Of a stretch of 64,000 bases of DNA, positions 1 to 12,620 are shown piece by piece (within the stretch, counting starts at the first letter, position 1; every line of letters begins with the position of its first letter). Position numbers and translations under genes: made by a program. The notes beneath the pieces are model-generated. The model was not told the origin of the DNA. It saw only the letters and a list, made by a program, of their open reading frames with translations, and searched no databases. Location: positions 25,559,649-25,623,648 of the forward strand of contig NC_092398.1 of NCBI RefSeq assembly GCF_030028105.1. Reading direction: 5' to 3'. Source of the DNA: Mobula birostris. Its lineage: Eukaryota.

Positions 1-399
1 CATTCTTTGCAAGCAAATCTATGCAAATAGCTCTTCAGTGATACTATTGTATCTGCCTCAACCACTTCCTCTGACAGATCATTCCATCTGCTTACCACCC
101 TCTGAATAAATAAATAGGTTGAACCACAGGTTCCTTGTATATGATCCTGTCTCACCCGACCATCGACAGTACAATTCCGTGTTGGTTTGCCTTCCCAGAA
201 TGCATCATTTTGTGTCATCCAGAACCTCAGTGATCAGGCCTGGTGAATTTGTGACTAATCCTGTGGCAGCCCATTCCGAGACAACCTTCAACCTTCAACC
301 ACCACCCTCTGCTTCCTACCCCATCGAGTCTGTTCCACCATGGTAACATGGCTGCTCCATTTTCCCTCTCAGCTCCAATCTTGTGCCTTCTTTCTGCAT

Positions 400-1800
400 C
401 TCTTCATGCCCTGATTAATCAAGAATCCTATCAACCTCTACCTTAAATATACTTAAAGACTTGCCCTCACAGCCACCTGTAGCAAAAAAATTCACAGATT
501 CACCACTCTCTGGCTAAATAAATTCCTCCTCATCTTCATTCAAAAAGAACATCTGTCTATTTTGAGGCTGTGTCCTCTGGTTTTAGATATTGCAACATAG
601 GAAGCATCCGCTCCATATTCACTTCAAAGAGGCCTTTCAAGATTCAATAAGTTTCAATTTGGTCACCCCTCGTCCTTCTGAATTCCAGTGAGTGCAGGCC
701 CAGAGCCATCAAATGCTCTTCCTATGACAAGCCTCTCAATCATGGAATTATTTTAATGAACTGCTCTTGAACCTTTCCAATGTCAACACATCCTTTGTTG
801 GATAAGGGGCACAAAACTGCTCAATACTGCAAGTGAGGCCTCACCAGTGCTTTATAAAGCCTCAACATTATATCCTTGCTTTTATATTCTAGTCCTCTTG
901 AAATGAATACTCACATCACATTTGCCTTCCTCACCACCAACTCAACCTTTAGGGAATCCTGCACAAGGACTCGCAAGTCCCCTTGCACCTCAGATTTTTG
1001 AATTTTATTTTCTACTTAGAAAATAATATACCCTTTTTATTTCTTCTACCAAAGTTCATAACCATACACTTCCTGACACTGTATTCATCTGCCACTTCTT
1101 TGCCTATTCTCTTAATGTCTAATCCTTCTGTATTCTTTCTACTTCCTGAAAACTACATACCCCTTCATCTATTTTAGTATTGTCTGAAAACTTTACAACA
1201 AAGCCATCAATTCTGTCATCCAAGTCATTGACATATAACGTAAGAAGAAGCCATCCCAACACAGACCCCTGTGGAACACAACTAATTACTGGCAGCCAAC
1301 CAGAAAAGGCTACCTTAATTTAAGTTCTTTGTCTCCTGCCAATTTGCTACTGTTTTCTCCATGCTAGTATCTTTCCTGTAATAACACAGATACTTATCTT
1401 GTTAAGCAGCCTTATGTGTGGCACCTTGTCAAAGGCCTTCTGAAGATCGAAGTACACAAAACTCACTGACTCTCCTTTGTCTATCGTGCCTGTTATTTCC
1501 TCAAAGAATTCCAACAGATTTGACAGGCAAGGTAGCTCCTTAAGGAAACCATGGCCTATTTTATCATGTGCCTCCAAGTACCCACAAAACCTCTTCCTTG
1601 AGAATCGGCTCCAACGTCTTCCCAACCACTGGAGTCAGACTAATTGACCTACCATTTTCTTTCTTTTGCTTCTCTCCTTTCTTGAAGAGTGGAGTGACAT
1701 TTGCAATTTTCCAGTACTCCAAAACGATTACAAGATCTAGTGATTCTTGAAAGATCATTATGAATGTCTCCACGATCTCCACAGACACCTCTTTCAGATC
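400..1800 (-). mobile_element. CR1 LINE ORF2/3' fragments
   Basis: Minus-strand ORFs with WKIANVTPLFKKG and YFDLQKAFDKVPH (CR1 RT motifs) plus CR1 3' region sequence. Confidence 0.85.
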
Positions 1801-1923
1801 TCTGGAGTGTAGTCCATCTCGTCCTTATTGCCTATCCCACAGAATATTCTCTGTTGCTCTGGCATTTTACTCTGAATTTTTTTTTTTTGCTTTACCTTGT
1901 TCTACCTCAATGCACCATGTAAT

Positions 1924-2563
1924 TGTAAGGGGTTTCTTCTTTTCTGTTACTGCGAAGGCTCTTAAAATGGCTTCTTTGTTATGTTAGAATTAAACATGGC
2001 GTGTCTGTAATAAATACTGTGATGTAAGGATGTTCTCTCTCTCTCTCTGCTTGTTTGGGTTATATTATTGATAAGGGAGCGAACGAACCAATGGGTGTCC
2101 ATGTTAATCTTTCTGTGGGTGATATTCTGTCTCGTATGGCTGGGAACCGTATGGTTTGGCGGGCTTTTCGGGAGGCGACCCGGAGAAGAAGGACGTGCTG
2201 GAGGCGCTCTGGTCGACCACCGTGGTTGGTCCCGAGCAGCAAGTCAGGGGGGTCAGAGAGGATCGCATGGTGGAGAGAAGACCCTGTTATTTGAGCTCCA
2301 ACTTGTGTGCACAAAGAGGTTGAACTCTGATAAGTCTGGCGCCTTTTTCTTTCCCCTTTATATCGTATCTCTATTTATTTCATAGTTCCAGTAAGATTTA
2401 TAAAGAGTAACTTGTAAATTGTACATTGTGTGCTGTCTGATATTTGATGTGTGAGTTTGTACCAGGTCGCATTATACAGCAATGACGCAACTGTGAGACA
2501 CGGTTCGGCGGGCGGACGGGGTTTCTCCTGGATAAACACGAGCCGATAGACCTGAGCGTTACA
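1924..2563. mobile_element. Solo LTR (640 bp)
   Basis: TGTAAG...GTTACA termini with a 4-bp TSD TAAT at 1920-1923 and 2564-2567. Confidence 0.85.
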
Positions 2564-2724
2564 TAATGATTTGATCTGCATGAACGCTATGCAAGATGCA
2601 CTTTTTATTGTTCTTTGCTGCATGCAACAATAGTAAAACAACTTATGTATGACTTGGTACACCTCTGCAAGGTCACCCCACATTCTCACTGCACCCTTCT
2701 TACAGCACCGCCAGAAGAGACCAT

Positions 2725-3240
2725 AAGACACAGGAGTAGTTTTAGGCTTTTCGACCCATCTATTATGTTCTGCCTTTCCATCATCCCATTTTCCCTCTCT
2801 GCCCCATTCTCTAGCCTTGCCCGGTAACCTTTGACACCCTTACTAACCTAGAATCTATCAACCTCCACTTTAAAGACATCCCTTGTCTCGATCTCCACAG
2901 CTGACTGTGACAATGAATTTTACAGATTCACCACTAAAGAAATTCCTCCTCATCTCTGTTCTAAAGCTGTGCCCTCTGTTCCTAGACTCCCCCATGATAA
3001 GAAATATTCTCTCCTCATGTTCTCTGTCTAGGCCTTTCACTAACTAGTAGATTACAATGAAATTCCCCCTGATTCTTCCAAACTCCAGTGAGTACAGGCC
3101 CAGAAAATCAAACGCTCCTCATAAGTTAACTCTTGCATTCCAGGAATCATTCTCATTCACATGAACCTCCTGTAGACTCCCTCCAACGCCAGCAAATCTT
3201 TTCTCAGGTAAAGGGCCCAAAACTGCTCACAATACTCTGA
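2725..3240 (-). mobile_element. CR1 3' end fragment
   Basis: accataag tail followed by typical CR1 3' sequence; many similar copies in the window. Confidence 0.8.
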
Positions 3241-3340
3241 CCTCTTCCCATCACACCATCCTGGGTTCTGAATGCACCTTACAGGGCAAGAAATAATTCA
3301 CTTATATTTTTTCCCATCTAGTCCACAGCATTCAATATTC

Positions 3341-3383
3341 ATGCTGTGGTTTCTTCTACCAGAGGAACCAAACATAGGCTTAG
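3341..3383 (+). pseudogene. Candidate leader exon for psi-A
   Basis: ATG-MLWFLLPEEPNIGL, then a consensus phase-1 donor AG|GTGAGT. Would join in frame to 16032 as L-G, like gene B. The hydrophobic core is short, so support is weak. Confidence 0.3.
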
Positions 3384-4442
3384 GTGAGTGGCAGAATTCA
3401 GTCAGTGGGGGTGAGCTGAGACCTCCCATTCCCTACTGGAGGGAAGTCAGTGGCTTGAGTAGAAATGTCAGGGGGTGGGGGAGATGCAGCGAGGGAGACT
3501 CCCATTTCACGAGGACTAGAATATAAAAGCAACAATGTCTTGCTGAAGCTTTTTAAGGCATTGGCGAGAGTATTGTGGACACTTCTAGGCCCCTTATTGA
3601 AGAAAGGATGTGCTGGAACTAACTCTAAGCCTCTAAACTAAATCCTAAACATTACCAGAAATTTATAATATGTCAGGAGTAACATGACGACTGGAGATGA
3701 GGTAAGAGTTGGGACTAGTTCAGAGACTAGGGGCTTAGGGTTAGTAATGGGGGTTAGGGTTTTAAATTGGGGTATGGCCTTTGTCTCTCAGTCGCTCTTT
3801 TTCTGTCTTCCCCCCTGCACCATCTCCCCCATCAGCCCCCACTCTGTTTCCCCGAACCTTTCTATCTCTGCTTCTCCTCCTACCCTCCACCTGCCTCTTC
3901 TCCTTCCCTTCTCTCTCCCTCCTTCTCTCTCTCCCTCTCTCTCTTTCACCTTTCATCTTCCTCCCTCTCTGTATCTCTCTTTGTCCGTCTTTCTCTCTGT
4001 TACTGTCCACTTCCCTGTCCTTCCATGTTTCTTCCCCATGCCTTTCTGTTACTGCCCGGGACAGCTTCTAACTCATATCATAGAGTCTTGAAGAGTCAAA
4101 GAGCAGTCCAGCATGGATACAGGCCTTTCGGCTCAGCCAATCCATGTAAACCATGCTGCCCCCTCAGCTTGTCCCAGTTTCCTGAATTTGGACAATATCT
4201 CTCCAATCCTCACCATCACAATGATGCACACTAATCTAAAAACACGGTAAATATAAAACAGCATGTCTCTTTGCAACCAAATCTATGCAAATACCTCTTC
4301 AGTGATACTGTTATGTCCGCCTCAACCACTTCCTCTTGACAGGTCATTCCATCTACTTACAACCCTCTGTGTAAATAAAAACGTTGATCCTCAGGTCCCA
4401 TGTAAATGATCCTGTCTCATCCGGCCACTGACAATACAGTTC

Positions 4443-4816
4443 AACGTTTTCATATGATGTAATCTGACCTTTCCGAATCTTTTTTCTAAATTTAAATTAT
4501 ATGATGAGAGGAGCAGAGTTAACGGCATTATTGAACATGTCCGACATAAGCTGTTGGTCTAGCCCTGTTTTGTTTTTTTTCTTGGGGGGTTTTTTTCTTT
4601 TTTTTCTTTTGGGGTTTTTTTTGTTTATATATTTTTTTTTCTTTTTATTTTTTTTTAATGTTTAATTTCATTATGAGTTTGGAAGTCTTTTATATCTATG
4701 TTACTTAAAATTCATTTTATATATGCTGATGAACATTTTTCCAATCTCTTCGTACCAGCTTTGTTACTGAGTTTGTAATTTTTAAAAAATAATAAAAAGA
4801 TTTAAAAAGAAAGAAA
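4443..4816 (+). mobile_element. 5'-truncated L1/Tx1-type 3' UTR insertion
   Basis: T-rich 3' UTR with AATAAA and an A-rich tail, flanked by a 13-bp TSD GACAATACAGTTC (4430-4442, 4817-4829). Confidence 0.75.
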
Positions 4817-5149
4817 GACAATACAGTTCTGTGTTGGTTTGCCTTCCCAGAATGCATCATTTTGTGTTGTCCACAACTTTAGTGATCAGGCCTGGTGAAT
4901 TTGTGACCAACCCTGTGGCAGCCCACTAGTCACCAGCTGCCATTCCGAGACACAACCTTCAACCCCCACTCTCTGCTTCCTGCCTCCTATCATAAGACCA
5001 TAAGATATAGGAGCAGAGTAGGCCATTTGGCCCATCGCATTTTCTCCACCATTTCATCATGGCTGATCCATTTTCCTTCTCAGCCACAATCTCCAAGCTT
5101 GGTATTGTACCTCAATACATGTGAAAATTGTAAAACAACTTAAGTTTGA

Positions 5150-5985
5150 AGGTGGGACAAAGTTAAGATGGCACCAAATGGTGACTCCTTTACTTGCATC
5201 TTTGGAAACACCTTTATTTCTATCTTAAATATCTCTTTTTTTCCCCTTTTCAGGGTGTCCTATTGACCTGGAGTTACACTCTGACCAGTTCTTTGCGGGA
5301 ATGGAATCCGCTCTCAGGGCTCATGACCTGCCGGTTTTTGATATCCCAAGGACGTGTCCTGGAACACGAGCACGCTCTCAGGGTTTCGGGATTTCGTGTC
5401 TCTGGGGAAGCGCTGACTCTAGGCTAGTGCCACTCACTGAAGCGTCGTGGGAGAACACGGAACATCAGGAGCCGCAGGTTAGCTGCCAGGGGTTGTGTGT
5501 CCGGGGAGCTGCGCCTTTCTGATGCCAAGTCTCTGGGCATACAGCTCGGAAAAAGTGACGCAACAGACTTTTAACATCATAACTCAGCGAGTTGTTTGTT
5601 ATGTCTCCCCTCTCACTGTGAAACGAGGACTCCTCTTTTTCCCTTAGGAGGGAGAGAAAGAGCCTGTGGTACGTCGAATTACTGGGTGAACAAGTAGCTT
5701 TTGGCGAACTGCAAGTCTGTGTCTTTACTGATGCTTTGTTGCACGCTTGAGTGCTCAGTGGAGGGTGCTGATGCTTTTGTGCTGGTTGGGGTGGAAGGGT
5801 GTCATTGCCTTGATGCTGCTTGTGGGTGGGAGGGGGAGTTGGGGGGCACTTTGGTGTTCAAATGTTTTAACTGTCATTCATTCTTTGGGGCACTCCTCTG
5901 TTTTTGTGGATGTCTGCGAAGAAAAAGAATTTCAGGATGTATTTCGTATACATTTCTCTGACATAAAATGCACCTATTGAATGAC
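5150..5985 (+). mobile_element. Non-autonomous interspersed repeat of about 830 bp; inverted copy at about 28390-29130
   Basis: Starts aagatggcaccaaatgg. Reverse-complement match to 28390-29130. No coding capacity; family not identified. Confidence 0.7.
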
Positions 5986-7189
5986 CTTATACACCTCTAC
6001 AAGGTCGCCCCATATTCTGACCACCTCTCCTCTTACAGCACCTCCCCTTGCAACATACCATATGCCATAAGAGACCATAAGACATAAGAGAAGTGTTAGG
6101 TTATTCAGCCTATTGATTCTATTTTGCCATTCAGTCATGACTGATCTATTTTCCTTCTCTACCCCATTCTCCAGTCTTGTCCCATAACCTTTGACACCCT
6201 TTGTAACCATGAACCTATGACAAGAATCTCCCCTTGTAATATTGATCAGTGAGGCACACAGTATCTGTAATTACCGACAAGTAACCTTTATTGTCTCATC
6301 TGAAAAGCACATGGGTTCACAAACTAACTACCTGTGTGGACCCCACTAGAATCCCTGATGCCCCCCCCATGAACAGTAAATAAAAAGAAAAGATATTACC
6401 CAGGGAAAGGAGGCTACACTGCCGAGGCGTTCTTCGTGTTTCCGAGTTCCACGTGTCCGTGGGATTCTCCTTATCCGTGATGGTTGGTGTCTGGCAGCTG
6501 GAGAGTTATTGCCCCGACATATTTAGAGCTCCTGGCTCTTATAGTGTTCCGCATCAATTGAACTGGTGGATCTCCATCCCATTGACTCAAGCTCACCTGA
6601 CCTACCTGTGTCACCTTCTTATTGGTTCTAGTCCAGGGCTACAACCAACATTGTTTCATGGTTCTGCCCAGCTCACCCTTGTGTGTATGTGTCTTTCAAC
6701 TCTGACTGGTCCAAACCAGTTTAACGAGGTGACCCAGAAAGAGATTACAGGTTGCTTCTTTGGTAGGTCAGGCATTTTACATTATAAGTAGCTACTCGTC
6801 TGAGAATGGTCTCAGGTTTAGCAAGTCATTACCCGAAGCTGCTAGTGTCCACTTTCAATTGCTCTGATTAGGGTATCCAGGAGCAAGAAACAGTTCAAAG
6901 TCTACAAAATTGAGAGAACCAAAGACTGTCTGCTTCCCCTGTCCTTGATTCATCAAATCCAGTAATTGCAGATTGTAGTTTCTTCTGGCCAACATCTCCC
7001 TCCTCTTGATGCAAAAATATTTGCCAGGATCATTATCCTCCTCTCATTCAGTTGACTGCCCATAGGACTGCCATGGAACCCCCAATAGGTGTGCAATATT
7101 TACATTCTATAAATAATATTAGCAGTTACTTACTAAATTCACCCAGTTTATACTGACAATCATCTTTGATGTTTCATGAAAGCATTATC

Positions 7190-7660
7190 CTCTATTTTTT
7201 CCACTTTGTTCCATTATTTCAGCCTTCCATCTTCTCAGTTGATATACATTGAGCAATACAATTATCAGGGTACATAAAATTAGTATTACAGCACCATGTG
7301 ATACTACCCTCACCCACGGATGTACTTAAACATTTGTTCCCCAATTGCAAAACTTACACTAAAAGCCTGGGTCACTCAATATTTCATTTGCCTTACCAGC
7401 ACGTGTTTTAATTACTTTAGTGAGCTCAGTCCATTGATGGATTATCTACCTTGACTTCTCCACAACACGTGTCCAGTCTGCAATCAAGTGAGGAATTGGT
7501 GGCAGCTCACTAACAACATAAGTCCCACAGATATTCATTTGTATCAGAGCTTTGGATCCAGAAATTCTCCTTCATTACTGTGTCTCCTGCTGGCTGAGGC
7601 AAAGTTTCTTCTCCAATGGCCAGATCTAAAGTCACATTCCCTTTGGCGGCATTGTGACTT
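7190..7660 (-). pseudogene. env-like glycoprotein C-terminal remnant with TM helix
   Basis: One frame with stops: ICGTYVVSELPPIPHLIADWTRVVEKSR*IIHQWTELTKVIKTRAGKANEILSDPGF*CKFCNWGTNV*VHPWVRVVSHGAVILILCTLIIVLLNVYQLRRWK. Heptad-like region, TM helix and basic stop-transfer residues, immediately upstream of the PPT. Confidence 0.6.
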
Positions 7661-8003
7661 TCCAAAGGGCATTGCTTCCATCCCTTGGTATAACTTGTGG
7701 CCCCTGTTGCTCTATAACATTGTCTGTCCCACCAATCATATTGTAAATAGACTGATTATTCAGAGGCAAAGTAGACAATGAATAACTTTCATAAGTACTG
7801 AAACCACTATTTGTAAGCTTCTGCTTTGTAATTTCTTTTGAACAAGACCGGTGGACCTGATGGCATCTTGATAATCTATCCCTTTCCCAGTACTATCATA
7901 ATAATAGCATGTGTTGGTGGGTTAGTTAAGGATATCTTCTATTCTCATGATATTTACCAACGTTGTGAAACCTTTTCAAAGGGTAGGTTGAATTATTTCC
8001 ATG

Positions 8004-9119
8004 TCAGGGAATGTGGAATACTGCTCCGAAATAAAACCTTCCTTTAAGGCTTCTTATATGATACAATGGCACCCTTTGTCTGACCCATTCTTTTATCTGC
8101 TCATCTGAGACCCAATTAAGTACTTGATGTGCATCAAGTTGCAATAAATTAGTGCCAAGGGGTGCCAATCGTGCAGACAGTAGCACCAGCTCCCACTGGT
8201 AGGGTGTTGGTGGGAGTTCCTCGGGAAACGGTGCTTCGTAGTTATCGTAGCCGTATCGAGTAGCTTCATCTGCTAAATCATGCCAATCAATATCTCCATA
8301 TTCACCTTCCTCCCCTTTTTCAGATCCAAAAGCACATATTATTCCTCGCTGTGCAGAAAGTTGGTCCTGCAGCTTTTGAATCTGCTTTAAACTCTTTGCA
8401 TGTTCGCCAGTGTTACTCTTGCTCTCCTGTGCTGATTTCTGAATCACATTCATAGCCGTCTTTAAATCACCGCACTGTTTCCTTAATCCCTCCACTTCAT
8501 CCTTCGCTAGTTCGACTGCTTCCTCTAGTTTACTTTTTTCTTTGTAATGGCTCACACTTCAAATGAAACTGGTTCATAAGCAATTAAGCATCAACTCCAT
8601 ACCTCACTGACCCTGGAAATCAGTAACCCTTTCTCTAAAGGTTTCTATCCCCCTTTGCAGCCTTTTGTGTTCTCCTTCTAACCTAGCTCGCTGGCGTCTG
8701 CGTTATGCTGCTATTCTAGAATTTCCTGTCGTAACCTATCTCGCTGGGCTTCAGTTTTCTTCTGATATGCTAGGATTTCCTGTTGTAATCTTTCCCGCTC
8801 GGCTTCTGCCTTATGCCGACATTTGTTTTTCGTGTCTGATCTGTGCCGTTCTGCTTTGGCATTCTGTCATAATTCTATCAAATCCTCAATTAAACAGGCA
8901 AACGCTACTTTTTTTTTGCAATTGTTTAAACTTCCTGCCCGACAGCTTCCCTGGAGCAACTTTCCACAGGGCATCCCCAACAGTTTTCCCTTCACAGCCA
9001 GGGGGGCCGACTAGCACCTCATATTGCGGCCACATCTCCAACACATATTTCTGGAGGTATCCGCTCCAACCAAAACAACCCAAGATCTTCGGACTTGTAG
9101 AATTTCCTGAATTCTTCAT
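8004..9119 (-). pseudogene. gag-like remnants of the LTR element
   Basis: Two broken minus-strand ORFs (8886-9119, 8004-8555) just downstream of the PBS, including a coiled-coil-like LEEAVELAKDEVEGLRKQCGDLKTAM stretch. Assignment rests mainly on position. Confidence 0.6.
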
Positions 9120-9802
9120 CTTGGGTTAGTAACCGCTAACTACCCAGCCCCAGACCTCTCTACCTCACCCATGTGGTCCGACTCGAGTCTCCCGCTGAAT
9201 GAAGAGATTTATCCCCGAGCACCCAACAGCGGACGCCAATTCTGTTACAAGAATCATCATCCTTTGTAATAATTATCAGTGAGGCATAGAGAATTTGTAT
9301 TTACCGACAAGTAACTTTATTTGTCTTATCTAAAAAGCACGTGGTTTCACAAACTAACTATGTTTGTGCAACCTACTAGACTCCCTGCCCGCCCTCACCC
9401 CGCCCAGTTACCCGGGAAAGGAGTCTGTCCTGGCCAGGCGTTCCTCGCAGTCCCGATCTCCACGTGTCCAGAGTGTCCTTCTTATCCGCGACGGTTGGTC
9501 TCTGGTTGCTGCAGGGTCTTCACCCCTGTGTATTTTGAGCTCCTGACTCGTTGTGTTCCTCAGAAATTGAACTGGTGGATCTCCATCCCATTGGCTCAAG
9601 GTCACCTGACCTACTTAGGTCACCTTCTCACTGATCCTTATACAGAGCTACAACCAATTTTGTTTCATGGTTCTGCCCAGCTTGTGTATTTGTATCTTTG
9701 GTGCAAAGCAGTTAAATGAGGCGACCCAGACAGAGTCTAACGAGATTACAGATGGTTTCTTTGGCAGGGCTAGCACCTTACGCAAATAGCTACTTGTCTG
9801 AA

Positions 9803-11158
9803 AGAGACTTGTTCTGGATTCTCCGGCCGATGGTCAGGCCACACTTAGATCCCCTCCAGTTCGCCTACCAGCCAAGACTAGGAGTTGAGGATGCCATCGT
9901 CTACCTGCTGAACCGTGTCTACGCCCACCTGGACAAGCCAGCGAGCACTGTGAGGGTCATGTTTTTTCACTTCTCCAGTGCGTTCAACACCATCCGCCCG
10001 GCTCTGCTGGGGGAGAAGCTGACAGCGATGCAGGTGGATGCTTCCCTGGTGTCATGGATTCTTGATTACCTGGCTGGCAGACCACAGTGTGCTTGCAACA
10101 CTGTGTGTCCGACAGAGTGATCAGCAGCACTGGGGCTCCACAGGGGACTGTCTTGTCTCCCTTTCTCTTCACCATTTACACCTCGAACTTCAACTACTGC
10201 ACAGAGTCTTGTCATCTTCAGAAGTTTTCTGATGACTCTGCCATAGTTGGATGAATCAGCAAGGGAGATGAGGTTGAGTACAGGGCTACGGTAGGAAACT
10301 TTGTCACATGGTGTGAGCAGAATTAACTGCAGCTTAATGTGAAAAAGACTAATGAGCTGGTGGTACACCTGAGGAGAGCTAAGGTACCGGTGACTCCTGT
10401 TTCTATCCAGGGGGTCAGTGTGGACATGGTGGAGGATTACAAATACCTGGAGATACAAATGGACAATAAACTGGACTGGTCAAAGAACACTGAGTCTGTC
10501 TACAAGAAGGGTCAGAGCCGTCTCTATTTCCTGAGGAGACTGAGGTCCTTTAACATCTGCTGGACAATGCTGAGGATGTTCTACGAGTCTGTGGTGGCCA
10601 GTGCTATCATGTTTGCTGTTGTGTGCTGGGGCAGCAGGCTGAGGGTAGCAGACACCAACGGAATCAACAAACTCATTCGTAAGGCCAGTGATGTTGTGGG
10701 GATGAAACTGGACTCTCTCACGGTGGTGTCTGAAAAGAGGATGCTGTCTAAGTTGCTGCCATCTTGGACAATGTCTCCCATCCACTACATAATGTACTGG
10801 GTGGGCACAGGAGTACATTCAGCCAGAGACTCATTCCTCCGAGATGCAGCACAGAGCATCATAGGAAGTCATTCCTGCCTGTGGCCATCAAACTTTACAA
10901 CGCCTCCCTTGGAGGGTCAGATAGGCTGGTCCTGGACATTTCATAATTTACTGGTATAATTTACATATTACTATTTAACTATTTATTACTATTTTCTATT
11001 ACCATTCTATTACTATTTATTATTTCTATGACTATTACTATTACTATTTACTAATTGTAATATTACTATTACTATTTGTATTACTATTTATTATTTATGG
11101 TGCAACGGTAACGAAAACCAATTTCCCCCGGGATCAATAAAGTATGACTATGACTATG
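9803..11158 (+). mobile_element. Rex1/Babar LINE, 5'-truncated RT fragment nested in the 5' LTR
   Basis: LDPLQFAYQPRLGVEDA and FSSAFNTI RT motifs; 3' end gatcaataaag followed by a (tatgac)n tail. Splits LTR sequence that is contiguous in the other LTR. Confidence 0.9.
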
Positions 11159-11321
11159 AAATGGTCTCAGGTTTAACGTCATTACCTGAAGCTTCTTTGT
11201 GTCAACATTCAATTACTCTGATTAGATTATCCCAGAGCAATAATCAGTTCAGAGTCCACAAAATGGAGCGGGAGGGGAAACAGAGATAATTAGTTTGTCT
11301 GCTTCCCCGTTTTGATACGTC

Positions 11322-11414
11322 TGTAATGTACCCCTAGGGTTCATATTTTCTGAGGACTGTCACTTTAAAATGTCGGGAGAATGAGACTGACTTTTGGACA
11401 CTGTTTGAGCTGCT

Positions 11415-11458
<44 letters not shown>

Positions 11459-12620
11459 TTATTTGATGGACAATCGATGTTATGGTTTCTCTGCAGCTTG
11501 TTTTGAATATACAAGGACACACAGACACACACAGTTAGAGTGAAGATGGATTAGGTCGATGGAAGACACCAGTGAGTTGGTCGCTGGTTTAAACTTTTAG
11601 TAGCCCAAAACGGGTGAGTTGAGATCGATTCTGAGTATTGACAAATGACTCTCACAAGTTTTCTGCAACTAGGCCAAGTTTGCAGGAAGAGAAGAGAGGA
11701 GAGATAGGTTTGAAACAGAAGAAACCTAGAGACAAAGAGATCACTGTTTGGACTCTCTCTCCAAGTAGCCCGTGAAGGTGAGTTGGTTTCTATTCAACTG
11801 CAAAAGTGTGATTGTCACTTAGTTAATCCACAGGAGTGGGTTCTCTGGTGAGGGGAAAACCTTTGTGAACACCACGTGTGTGTTTACCCTTTTGTCTGGG
11901 TGTGGTAGTTCACTGAAGAACTACCCTGTGGCAAATCACTGTTGCAGTTATTTCGTATGTCGCGGAACTGGTAAGTGGCTATCATGTTGTGTGTTTGGGG
12001 TAACCTTGTGGAACCTACCGGTGTGTCGACCCTTTGCCTGGGTGGTGGTTCCCTTGAAGAAGGGCCCCTTTGTGATAAGCTACTATTGGTGATAATCCAT
12101 ACGTGGATTCTGTTGGAGTATCCTGTGGCCACCACTTTGAGATGTCCCATAGCTGAATTCGGGCATGGTACCACTTGTGTTAAAAGGATATTTGTTGAAG
12201 ATCACTGTCGGTGAAATTTTGTGTGTGGAGTGGAACAACTTCGGAGATAAAACCTATTACTATTGTTATTTTGTATTGCTGTCATGGAATCTGTGGAATA
12301 TCGATGTAATTGCCTTCTCACAACATCCGCCTTTGAATTACAAACATCTCGCATTAATTAGCCCGTGCATCACGAACTGAATTTACTTCGCTTACATACC
12401 ATCGTAAGACTGTATCAATTACCACCTAAGCTTGAAGAAGTTTAGGTTCTGTATTTCCACACCTATATATGCATAAACTGTGCTAACCTGTTCGATTTAT
12501 CTGATTTTATGTTACTTTATTACGTAGTTACTAATAAAATAGAATTAGTTAACAGCAAAACCAGACTCCAGGTGTGTTCCATTTCTGCTGGTTCTTTAAC
12601 CCATTACGGGGTACATAACA
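11322..12620. mobile_element. Solo LTR (about 1.3 kb) nested in the 5' LTR
   Basis: Inverted termini TGTAATGTACCCC...GGGGTACATAACA; 4-bp TSD CGTC/CATC (11318-11321, 12621-12624); internal (GA)n. Confidence 0.85.
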
